Shown here: piece after piece, positions 49,888 through 58,202 of the stretch
How positions within the stretch are numbered: position 1 is the first letter of the stretch
Layout: each line of letters begins with the position of its first letter
Assembly: GCA_965656885.1 (NCBI GenBank)
Contig: CBFHME010000009.1
Span: 52,931 to 116,930 of the forward strand
Source of the DNA: Yoonia sp.
GTDB lineage: Bacteria; Pseudomonadota; Alphaproteobacteria; Rhodobacterales; Rhodobacteraceae
DNA length: 64,000 nucleotides
Direction: 5' to 3'
The notes under the pieces: generated by a model
Databases searched by the model: none
Told to the model about the DNA's origin: nothing
What the model saw: only the letters and a program-made list of their open reading frames with translations
Translations under genes and position numbers: made by a program

Positions 49888-50657
49888 AGCGCCGTCCAGC
49901 CGCCATCAACGCTGATGGTTGTGCCCGTGATCTGGGCTGCCGCATCCGAGCACAGGAAATTCACCGTGCCGCCCAACTGTTCCACGGTCGCAAATTCCTT
50001 GGACGGTTGCCGCTTTAGCAGGACATTTTTCACCACATCTTCGCGGCTCATGTCGTATTCTTTCATCGTGTCGGGGATCTGCGCCTCGACCAACGGGGTC
50101 AAAACATAACCTGGGCAAATCGCATTCGCCGTGATCGGCTCTTGGGCGGTTTCCAACGCGACCACTTTGGTCATGCCCACAACCCCATGCTTGGCCGCGA
50201 CATAGGCCGATTTATAGGGAGAGGCGGTCAAACCGTGGGCGGATGCAATATTCACCACACGTCCCCAGCCAGCCTTGCGCATCATTGGCAGGGCCGCCGC
50301 AGTCGTGTGAAACGCCGACGACATATTGATCGCGATGATTGCATCCCATTTTTCGGTCGGAAATTCGTCGATCGCGGCAACATGCTGAATACCGGCGTTG
50401 TTCACCAGAATATCGCAACGACCAGCGTCCGCAATTAAACGGCGGCAATCATCGGCCTTTGACATATCCGCACCAATATAGCGGGCGTTCACGCCAAACG
50501 CGTCTGCAATCTCTTTGGCCAGCGCGTGGTCTTCCTCGCGGTCGGAATAGGAGTTCAGAACAACATCCGCCCCCGCCTTGGCCATTTCGCGCGCAATCCC
50601 AAGCCCGATGCCAGAGTTTGATCCTGTGATAATCGCGGTTTTTCCGAGCAGAGACAT
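49884..50657 (-). CDS. bdhA: 3-hydroxybutyrate dehydrogenase (SDR)
   Basis: The start is taken at ATG 50657 (MSLLGKTAIITGSNSGIGLG). NNAGIQHVAAIDEFP and YVAAKHG are characteristic of BdhA. Confidence 0.85.
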   Translation of the reverse strand: MSLLGKTAIITGSNSGIGLGIAREMAKAGADVVLNSYSDREEDHALAKEIADAFGVNARYIGADMSKADDCRRLIADAGRCDILVNNAGIQHVAAIDEFPTEKWDAIIAINMSSAFHTTAAALPMMRKAGWGRVVNIASAHGLTASPYKSAYVAAKHGVVGMTKVVALETAQEPITANAICPGYVLTPLVEAQIPDTMKEYDMSREDVVKNVLLKRQPSKEFATVEQLGGTVNFLCSDAAAQITGTTISVDGGWTAL

Positions 50658-50806
50658 GAGGCGGCGTTCCTTTGGATGAATAACTGATTTCAAACAATAT
50701 AATTGCTGCACCTGCAAAAGACACCCCAATCACGGAATATAACCGCAACCGATTCTTTGCCGATTCCATGACGTATGGGAAATGGTCGAAAACTGCGCAA
50801 AAGCCC

Positions 50807-50834
50807 AAAAAAAACGCCCGCACAAGGCGGGCGT
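50807..50834 (-). terminator. orphan Rho-independent terminator (minus strand)
   Basis: The minus strand reads ACGCCCGC-CTTGT-GCGGGCGT followed by seven or eight U. That is an 8-bp GC stem, a 5-nt loop and a long U-tract. I could not support any minus-strand CDS upstream of it. Confidence 0.75.
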
Positions 50835-50996
50835 AAAGTTATTGAGGCAGGTTTCATACAGGCAAGAAACCTATCGAGCAGTGCCCTTGTTATAAGCAAT
50901 TGCGCGCCTGCATCCAAGCTAAAAGTTTGATATCTCACAAAACCCTCTTTACGCTCACGTATAACAAATACAGGGATCAAAGGGATTGTTGCCAAA

Positions 50997-52814
50997 ATGA
51001 AATCAGAGTTTTTCTCAAAAGTGGCCCGCATCAGCGCCGCCGCCACGATCACATTCGCGGGCTCAATGGCATTGGCCGAGCCGCAACACGGCATAGCTAT
51101 GTATGGTGACCCTGCCCTACCACCAGATTTTGCGCATCTCCCTTATGCCAACCCTGATGCGCCCACGGGCGGCAAGATCGTCACGGCAAACGTCGGATCA
51201 TTCGACAGCCTGAACCCTTACATCCAAAAAGGGTCCGTTCATTGGCAGCTACGGTATCTTACGGGTGACAGTTTGATGGGTCGTTCATTGGACGAACCGT
51301 TTTCACTTTACGGCGTTATCGCCGAATCGATTGAAACCAGCCCCGAACGGGATTGGGTCGAATTCACGATTCGCGAAGGCGCAAAATTCCACGATGGCAG
51401 CCCGATCACCGTCGAAGACGTGATGTGGTCCTACGAGACATTGGGAACTGAAGGGCACGGCCGATATCGCGGCTTCTGGGCCAAGGTCGACACCCTCGAG
51501 GCGACAGGCCCCCGCACCGTGCGGTTCACCTTCAACGTCGAAGACAAGGAATTGGCCCTCATCGCAGGTCTGCGCCCCATTTTGAAAAAGGCGCAGTGGG
51601 ACGGGCTTGATTTTGCCGACAGCGGTTTGGACGTGATCCCGATTGTGTCCGGCGAATACAAGATCGCAGATTTTGAAGCGGGCCGCTTTATTTCGTTCCA
51701 GCGTGATCCTGACTATTGGGGCGCGGATATTCCATTCAAGGTCGGCACAGGCAACCTTGATGAAGTCCGGCTGGAATTCTTTGGCGATGACACCGCCGCG
51801 TTCGAGGCCTTCAAAATCGGTATCGTGAACACGCAGCGCGAATTCAACGTCGCCAAATGGGACGGACAGTATAACTTCCCGCGCATCGAAAACGGTGAAG
51901 TCGTCAAGGCGATCCTGCCCCATGAACGGCCATCTGGCATGACCGGATACGTGATGAACACGCGTCGCGATGTGTTTTCAGACTGGCGCGTGCGCGACGC
52001 GATGCTGCACGTCTTCAACTTTGAATTCATCAACGAAGCAATGACAGGCAGCCAGCAACCGCGCATCACATCCTATTGGTCCAATTCCCCGCTCGCGATG
52101 AAAGACGGACAAGCAACAGGCCGTGTGGCCGAATTTCTGGCCCCTTTCGCCGATGACCTGACACCCGGCACGCTTGAGGGATACACCCTGCCCGTCGCAG
52201 ATGGATCAGAACGCAACCGCGCAGGTATCCGCGCGGCATTGGCCCAACTCGAGGCCGCAGGCTGGACCGTTCAGGACGGTGTGTTGGCGGACGCAGACGG
52301 CAAACCGTTCACCTTTGAAATCCTCGTACAAAACGGACGGTCCGAACAGGCCGCGATTGTGGACATGTTCGCACAATCCTTGTCGCGGATCGGTGTGACA
52401 CCAACGGTTGTTTCAGCTGACAATGCGCAGTTCAAAGAACGCACCGACGCCTATGATTTCGACATGACGTATTACCGCCGTAGTGTTTCGCTCTCGCCGG
52501 GCAACGAACAATACGCCTATTACGGATCGGAACGCGCGGACGAGGCAGGAGGCCGCAACCTGATGGGTGTAAAATCCGCCGCTGCTGACGCCATGATCGG
52601 TCGTCTGCTCACATCCGAAAGCCAAGACGACTTCCGCGCCGCTGTTGCAGGGCTTGACCGAGTGCTGACAGCTGGGCGCTATGTGCTGCCGATCTATCAG
52701 TGGAACATCAGCCGCATTGCATCTGACAAGGAACTAAAGTTCCCTGAAAACCTGCCGATCTTTGGCGATTGGCCCGGTTGGCAGCCAGATGTTTGGTGGT
52801 ATGAAGAAGACTAA
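50997..52814 (+). CDS. ABC transporter substrate-binding protein, family 5 (YejA/peptide-opine type), orphan
   Basis: 605 aa. The signal peptide ends MALA-EPQHGIAMYGDPALPPDF, a typical YejA-like N-terminus. No cognate permease or ATPase genes are adjacent. Confidence 0.85.
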   Translation: MKSEFFSKVARISAAATITFAGSMALAEPQHGIAMYGDPALPPDFAHLPYANPDAPTGGKIVTANVGSFDSLNPYIQKGSVHWQLRYLTGDSLMGRSLDEPFSLYGVIAESIETSPERDWVEFTIREGAKFHDGSPITVEDVMWSYETLGTEGHGRYRGFWAKVDTLEATGPRTVRFTFNVEDKELALIAGLRPILKKAQWDGLDFADSGLDVIPIVSGEYKIADFEAGRFISFQRDPDYWGADIPFKVGTGNLDEVRLEFFGDDTAAFEAFKIGIVNTQREFNVAKWDGQYNFPRIENGEVVKAILPHERPSGMTGYVMNTRRDVFSDWRVRDAMLHVFNFEFINEAMTGSQQPRITSYWSNSPLAMKDGQATGRVAEFLAPFADDLTPGTLEGYTLPVADGSERNRAGIRAALAQLEAAGWTVQDGVLADADGKPFTFEILVQNGRSEQAAIVDMFAQSLSRIGVTPTVVSADNAQFKERTDAYDFDMTYYRRSVSLSPGNEQYAYYGSERADEAGGRNLMGVKSAAADAMIGRLLTSESQDDFRAAVAGLDRVLTAGRYVLPIYQWNISRIASDKELKFPENLPIFGDWPGWQPDVWWYEED

Positions 52815-52821
52815 TCTATAC

Positions 52822-52847
52822 GGGGATCGACCCACGCGTCGGTCCCC
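52822..52847 (+). terminator. hairpin downstream of the orphan binding-protein gene
   Basis: GGGGATCGAC (52822-52831) and GTCGGTCCCC (52838-52847) form a 10-bp stem with one G-U pair and a 6-nt loop. The T-tract is weak (AACTTTGTG). Confidence 0.45.
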
Positions 52848-52867
52848 AACTTTGTGAAAGCTTGAAA

Positions 52868-52996
52868 ATGAAAAAAGTCATCTTGATCGCCATCGTCTTG
52901 GGCGCATTGCAGGCCTGTTCGGTGGCACGCGTGGGCACAAGTGCGGCCATTGGCGCGGGCCAACTGGCCCTTGGCGCGGCGCAGGTCGTCCTATAA
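52868..52996 (+). CDS. 42-aa small lipoprotein (not in the ORF track)
   Basis: ATG 52868 to TAA 52994-52996 translates to MKKVILIAIVLGALQACSVARVGTSAAIGAGQLALGAAQVVL. It has a classic n-h-c signal with the lipobox L-Q-A-C, then a small-residue (Gly/Ala) zipper-like tail. Confidence 0.5.
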   Translation: MKKVILIAIVLGALQACSVARVGTSAAIGAGQLALGAAQVVL

Positions 52997-53037
52997 ACGT
53001 CCACGCAAGGCCAAACGACAACCACGGACATACCCAC

Positions 53038-53511
53038 ATGAATATCCTTGTTCTTTGCACTGGCAATTCCGCCCGATCAATCCTGCTCGAAAGCATCCTG
53101 ACGCATCGCTCTGGCGGGCGCGTGATAGGATACTCCGCTGGCTCCACGCCCTCTGGTGCTGTGCATCCGCAATCGCTGATCCTTTTGGCTGAAAACGGCT
53201 ATCCCACGGACGGGCTTCGGTCAAAAAGCTGGGATGAATTCGGCGGACCTGACGCGCCACAAATGGACATCGTGATCACCGTGTGCGGGTCAGCCGCGTC
53301 CGAGACATGCCCCATCTGGGCAGGTGCGCCGATCCAAGTGCATTGGGGCGTCGAAGACCCCGCCGCGGCAGAAAAATCCGACTGGGAAACAGCATTCCAA
53401 ACCGCCTATGACCAACTTTACGCTCGTGCCATGGCGTTCCTTGCGCTTGATGCCGCAAACATGGACCAATCCACATTCAAGCAGGAGCTTGCACGCATTG
53501 GCACACTCTAA
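53038..53511 (+). CDS. arsC: arsenate reductase, LMW-PTPase (thioredoxin-coupled) type
   Basis: MNILVLCTGNSARSILLESIL contains the CX5R(S) phosphatase loop. A downstream Cys pair (VCGSAASETCP) is also present. Confidence 0.9.
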   Translation: MNILVLCTGNSARSILLESILTHRSGGRVIGYSAGSTPSGAVHPQSLILLAENGYPTDGLRSKSWDEFGGPDAPQMDIVITVCGSAASETCPIWAGAPIQVHWGVEDPAAAEKSDWETAFQTAYDQLYARAMAFLALDAANMDQSTFKQELARIGTL

Positions 53512-53524
53512 GACAACACAGTTG

Positions 53525-54160
53525 ATGGCGGAATTCCTTGGTACGGCAATGCTGCTGATCGGTGTTGTGGGATCGGGCATCATGGGGGAAGCCTTTGCTG
53601 ATGGGAACACCGCTATTGCCTTGCTTGCCAATGCCATCGCGACAGGCTGTATGCTTTACGTCATCATTACAACATTGGGGCCAATATCGGGGGCGCACTT
53701 TAACCCTGCGGTCACGCTGGCCTTTGCCCTGCGCGGTGCACATCCAAAACGCGACATCGCCCCCTATATGGCCGCCCAAATTGCAGGTGGCATCATTGGC
53801 GTCTGGGCCACACATATCATGTTTGACCTGACCGTTTTCCAAACCTCCACCACGGACCGGACGGGACTGGCGCAATGGTTCTCTGAAATTCTCGCGACAT
53901 TCGGCTTGCTGTTTGTGATCTTTGGCGGCCTGCGCCAACGCCCCGAAGCCGTGCCGACATTGGTCGCAATCTATATCACAGGCGCCTATTGGTTCACCGC
54001 ATCCACCAGCTTTGCCAATCCGGCCGTGACCATCGCGCGCGGCTTGTCTGATACATTCGCTGGGATAAATCCGGCCCATATCGCAATGTTCATCGCCATG
54101 CAGATCATCGGCGTGGGCTTTGGGCATATCGTGCTGACACGCCTGTTCGGGCGCGATTAA
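53525..54160 (+). CDS. MIP-family channel (aquaglyceroporin, AqpS-like arsenite channel)
   Basis: The start is taken at ATG 53525 (MAEFLGTAMLL). There are two NPA boxes (HFNPAVTLAF and FANPAVTIARG). It begins 13 nt after arsC ends. Confidence 0.85.
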   Translation: MAEFLGTAMLLIGVVGSGIMGEAFADGNTAIALLANAIATGCMLYVIITTLGPISGAHFNPAVTLAFALRGAHPKRDIAPYMAAQIAGGIIGVWATHIMFDLTVFQTSTTDRTGLAQWFSEILATFGLLFVIFGGLRQRPEAVPTLVAIYITGAYWFTASTSFANPAVTIARGLSDTFAGINPAHIAMFIAMQIIGVGFGHIVLTRLFGRD

Positions 54161-54783
54161 ACCAGCGATGTGACCCAAAGGATGGTTGCGTCATCCGCAC
54201 TGACCGACACCACATTGTGACCCATTGATGCATCATAATAGGCCGCATCACCGCGGCCCAATGTGACAGGTTCGTAGAATTCGGTGAACAGCTGCACGCG
54301 GCCTGTCAGCACATACATGAACTCTTCTCCGTCGTGTCTGATCCAGCCTTCAAAATCATCCATCGTACGGGCGCGCACACGGGTGCGATAAGGCAGCATC
54401 TTTTTGTGGCGCAGGGGTTCAGCCAGAATATTGTGTTCATAGGTGGTGGTAATCAGCGACCCACCTTCCCCAGACAGTGTTGTCGCCATGCGCCCGTTCA
54501 CTTGATCGCGCGATGGCGGCGTAAACAGCTGCGGCACGGAAATCTGCAACCCAACGGCCAGCTTTTTCAGCGCCTCATAGGTGGGCGACATCTGACCGTT
54601 TTCAATCTTGGATAACGTGGACCGCGCAAGCCCCGCCTGCTTTGCCGCCTGTTCCAGCGTCCAATCCTGGGCCTTGCGCAATTCACGCACGCGCGCGCCC
54701 AGATCAAGCGGCTCTGCCGCATCTTCGGTTCCGTTGTCACGCTCAATGCGCAGGGCTGGCTGGTCGTCATCTGTATCAGTCAT
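54157..54783 (-). CDS. XRE-family transcriptional regulator with C-terminal cupin domain
   Basis: HTH WTLEQAAKQAGLARSTLSKIENG and a C-terminal cupin-like beta-barrel (GEEFMYVLTGRVQL...GDAAYYDASMGH). The start is ATG 54783; the ORF extends to a GTG at 54822. Confidence 0.8.
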   Translation of the reverse strand: MTDTDDDQPALRIERDNGTEDAAEPLDLGARVRELRKAQDWTLEQAAKQAGLARSTLSKIENGQMSPTYEALKKLAVGLQISVPQLFTPPSRDQVNGRMATTLSGEGGSLITTTYEHNILAEPLRHKKMLPYRTRVRARTMDDFEGWIRHDGEEFMYVLTGRVQLFTEFYEPVTLGRGDAAYYDASMGHNVVSVSADDATILWVTSLV

Positions 54784-54848
54784 AAGCTGTTCATATGTTT
54801 CATGCCAAAGGCTTGCAACCACCCAGCAACGGGCATAGCGATTGTGTT

Positions 54849-56366
54849 ATGCTGTCACTGACCACTCCCACTGCGTTTGCGCCCCCGCCTGCGGCCTTCA
54901 ATATGGCGGCTTATGTCTTGCAGCATGCAGGCCAGACGCCCGAAAAAACCGCATTGGAAGTCGTCGGAAACAGCGTTTCAGACCACTGGACATACCATGC
55001 GTTAGAGGCCGCAGTGCGCGGCGTCGGCACAGGGTTATTGCAGTCAGGGTGCAAGGCTGGCGACCGCGTAATGCTACGGCTTGGCAATACCGCCGATTTT
55101 CCCATCGCTTATCTGGGCTGCATCGCGGTGGGGCTGATCCCTGTGCCTGTGTCCATGCAGCTGACTGCGCCCGAACTGCGCCACATCGCCAGCTACATTC
55201 AGCCAAGACTTGTCGTGCAGTCAGACCCCTTGGACCTGCACGGCAGCCCCACCATCGCGCCCGACACGTTACGCGAATTCCATACGCTGTCGCCCGCCGA
55301 ATATGTCGTGGGTGACCCGAACCGCCCTGCCTATATCATCCACACCTCTGGCACGTCCGGGCGGCCCCAAGCGGTTGTGCACGCGCACCGCGCTGTCTGG
55401 GCGCGGCGCATGATGTGGGATGACTGGTATGGGTTGCGCCAAACCGATCGCATGTTGCACGCAGGCGCATTCAACTGGACCTATACCCTTGGCACAGGAC
55501 TGATGGATCCATGGGCCATCGGCGCCACGGCAATTATCCCCCAAGATGGCACCGCCCCAAGCGCCCTGCCCGCGCTTATGGCCGAACATCGCGCCACAAT
55601 ATTTGCAGCGGCCCCTGGTGTTTACCGACGGCTTCTGCGGGCCGACATGCCGCCGCTGCCAAATCTGCGCCACGGCCTATGTGCGGGTGAAAAACTACCC
55701 GACGAAACACGCAGGCAGTGGACGACCGCGACCAACACCGCAATTCACGAGGCGTTCGGCATGTCGGAATGTTCAACCTTCATCTCAGGCAGCCCGACGC
55801 GCCCCGCGCCCGATGGCACATCCGGCTTTGCGCAATCGGGTCGACGTTTGGCAATTCTCGACAATGGTGTTCCCACAGACATCGGCACAACTGGCACAAT
55901 CGCTGTGCACACCTCTGACTCAGGTCTGATGCTTGGCTATCTTGATCCCGCAACCAACGCGATCACCCCGCCCACAGGGGATTGGTTTGAAACTGGCGAC
56001 ATTGGATCAATGGCCGCTGACGGCGCGATCACTTATCAAGGCCGCCGCGACGACATGATGAACGCAGGCGGCATCCGCGTCAGCCCGATCGAAGTCGAAA
56101 CAGCCTTGGGCACACATCCCGATATTTCCGAGGCCGCAGCCTGCGCCGTGCAGGTGAAAAAGGACGTCACTGTCATTGCGGCCTTTTACACCAGCGACGT
56201 TGTGTTAGATCATGACCAACTGACCGCATGGTGCGCAGATCAGCTTGCGGCCTACAAAATGCCACGGCTGTTTATTGCCTGCGAAACCCTGCCACGCGGG
56301 GCCAACAACAAACTTTTGCGCCGTGTGCTGCGCCAAAACTGGGAGACCGAAAATGGTCAAACTTGA
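54849..56366 (+). CDS. AMP-binding (ANL superfamily) acyl/aryl-CoA ligase-like enzyme
   Basis: A3 motif IHTSGTSGRPQ, A5-like AFGMSE, A8 GDWFETGDIG...GRRDDMMNAGG, and the A10 Lys in GANNKLLRR. The start is taken at ATG 54849. Confidence 0.8.
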   Translation: MLSLTTPTAFAPPPAAFNMAAYVLQHAGQTPEKTALEVVGNSVSDHWTYHALEAAVRGVGTGLLQSGCKAGDRVMLRLGNTADFPIAYLGCIAVGLIPVPVSMQLTAPELRHIASYIQPRLVVQSDPLDLHGSPTIAPDTLREFHTLSPAEYVVGDPNRPAYIIHTSGTSGRPQAVVHAHRAVWARRMMWDDWYGLRQTDRMLHAGAFNWTYTLGTGLMDPWAIGATAIIPQDGTAPSALPALMAEHRATIFAAAPGVYRRLLRADMPPLPNLRHGLCAGEKLPDETRRQWTTATNTAIHEAFGMSECSTFISGSPTRPAPDGTSGFAQSGRRLAILDNGVPTDIGTTGTIAVHTSDSGLMLGYLDPATNAITPPTGDWFETGDIGSMAADGAITYQGRRDDMMNAGGIRVSPIEVETALGTHPDISEAAACAVQVKKDVTVIAAFYTSDVVLDHDQLTAWCADQLAAYKMPRLFIACETLPRGANNKLLRRVLRQNWETENGQT

Positions 56367-56997
56367 TATTATATCCGACCCGATCTGCCCGTGGTGCTAT
56401 ATCGGCAAGGCCAATCTGGACAAGGCGCTGATCCAGTTCCCCGATCATCCGTTTGAAATCGAATGGCATCCGTTCCAACTGAACCCTGACATGCCTGTCG
56501 GTGGCATGGACAGGCGCGCCTATCTTGAGGGCAAGTTCGGCGGCAAAGACGCCGCAGTTCAGGCCTATGCCCCCGTGGTTGAACACGCAAAAACATCCGG
56601 CGCCCATATCAATTTCGAGGCAATCAAGAAAACGCCCAACACCATCGACGCTCACCGCCTGATCCATTGGGCCGGGATTGAGCAGCGTCAAACCTTTGTG
56701 GTTGATTTGCTGTTCAAGGCGTATTTCGTGGACGGTCGCGACATTGGCGACGCCGAGGTGCTGGCCGACATCGCCGACACCGCTGAAATGGATGCATCAA
56801 TGGTCACACGCCTGCTGTCCACAGACGAAGACCTGACAAACATCCGCGACCGCGACGCACATAGCCGCAAAATGGGCGTCAGCTCCGTGCCGACATTCAT
56901 TGTCGCGCAACAACACGCCGTGCCCGGTGCACAGCCCCCTGAAACGTGGATCAAAGTGATCGAAGATATCCAGTCGCAGTTAGACGCCGACGCATGA
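56353..56997 (+). CDS. DsbA-family oxidoreductase (FrnE / 2-hydroxychromene-2-carboxylate isomerase-like)
   Basis: The start is at ATG 56353 (MVKLDIISDPICPWCYIGK). It has a CPWC active site and overlaps the ligase gene by 14 nt. Confidence 0.85.
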   Translation: MVKLDIISDPICPWCYIGKANLDKALIQFPDHPFEIEWHPFQLNPDMPVGGMDRRAYLEGKFGGKDAAVQAYAPVVEHAKTSGAHINFEAIKKTPNTIDAHRLIHWAGIEQRQTFVVDLLFKAYFVDGRDIGDAEVLADIADTAEMDASMVTRLLSTDEDLTNIRDRDAHSRKMGVSSVPTFIVAQQHAVPGAQPPETWIKVIEDIQSQLDADA

Positions 56998-58202
56998 AAA
57001 CCCCAACCAAACGGCTTCATCAGGCAGAATTTATCGCGCTTATGGCGATGGCCGCCGCGACGATTGCGTTTTCCATCGACGCGATGCTGCCGGCTTTACC
57101 TGAAATCGGGGCAGAGCTTTCGCCCGGCGATCTCAACCGCGCCCAACTGATCCTGACCAGCTTTGTGCTTGGCATGGGGCTTGGTACGTTTTTCACTGGC
57201 CCGCTTTCTGATGCGTTTGGACGTAAACCTGTCATGGTGGGCGGTGCCGTGATTTATATTCTTGCGGCTGCGGCGGCATGGGCTGCGCCATCGCTTGAAA
57301 TGATGCTGATATCTCGCGTGATTATGGGACTTGGCGCATCTGGTCCGCGCGTTGTGGCCATGGCAATGGTGCGTGACATCTATGGCGGGCGCGATATGGC
57401 GCGGATCATGTCGTTTGTCATGATGGTGTTTTCACTTGTTCCCGCCCTTGCCCCGACCTTGGGCCATTACATCATCGAAGCCTTCGGCTGGCGCTCCATC
57501 TTTTTGGCGTTTGTGGTGTTTTCGGTCCTGTCGACCAGCTGGCTGTGGTTCCGCCAACCCGAAACACTTAACCCCGCTGACCGCCGCCCGATCAACTTCA
57601 AGGCCATGGCCGCCGCCACGGTCGAGGTCTTCTCGATCCGCACAACACGCCTGTCCATTATGATCCAGACACTTGCTTTTGGGGCGTTATTCACGTCGCT
57701 TTCGTCCACCCAACAGCTGTTTGACATCACCTATGGCCAAGGCGATGTGTTTCATCTGTGGTTCGGCGGCATTGCGATTGTCGCATCCACGGCCAGCATG
57801 GTGAACGCAAAATTCGTAGGCCGTTTGGGTATGCGTGCGATCATCAAGGCCACGTTTATCGGCCAAATCGTGCTGTCCACCGCCTTGATAGCCGTCACCC
57901 TGATTGGCGGGCCTTATTGGTTCACATTCGGCATGTTTGTGATCTGGACAGTTGGCGTGTTCATGCAAGCAGGGCTGACCATCGGCAACCTGAATGCATT
58001 GGCGATGGAACCCGTGGGCCATATCGCGGGACTTGCGGCATCGATCATTGCCGCACTGTCCACCGTGGGCGCTGTCATCATCGCAGCCCCCGTGGGGCTT
58101 GCGTTCAACGGCACGCCGCTGCCCATGGCAATCGGCACGCTGATCTGCGTTGTGCTGGCGCTTTGGCTGACCACAAAAATCAAACGACCAGGCGAAACTT
58201 AA
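56994..58202 (+). CDS. MFS transporter (Bcr/CflA drug-resistance subfamily-like)
   Basis: The start is at ATG 56994, forming an ATGA overlap with the DsbA-like stop. It has 12 predicted TM segments and an MFS motif A-like GPLSDAFGRKPV. Confidence 0.85.
   Translation: MKTPTKRLHQAEFIALMAMAAATIAFSIDAMLPALPEIGAELSPGDLNRAQLILTSFVLGMGLGTFFTGPLSDAFGRKPVMVGGAVIYILAAAAAWAAPSLEMMLISRVIMGLGASGPRVVAMAMVRDIYGGRDMARIMSFVMMVFSLVPALAPTLGHYIIEAFGWRSIFLAFVVFSVLSTSWLWFRQPETLNPADRRPINFKAMAAATVEVFSIRTTRLSIMIQTLAFGALFTSLSSTQQLFDITYGQGDVFHLWFGGIAIVASTASMVNAKFVGRLGMRAIIKATFIGQIVLSTALIAVTLIGGPYWFTFGMFVIWTVGVFMQAGLTIGNLNALAMEPVGHIAGLAASIIAALSTVGAVIIAAPVGLAFNGTPLPMAIGTLICVVLALWLTTKIKRPGET

Noticed and set aside
50449-51094. 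Minus-strand ORFs 50690..51094 (134 aa) and 50449..50823 (124 aa) in the large spacer
   Set aside because: Both read straight through the intrinsic terminator stem, and one overlaps the bdhA coding start. They have no SD and an odd composition. The region is better explained as non-coding (see the sRNA candidate).
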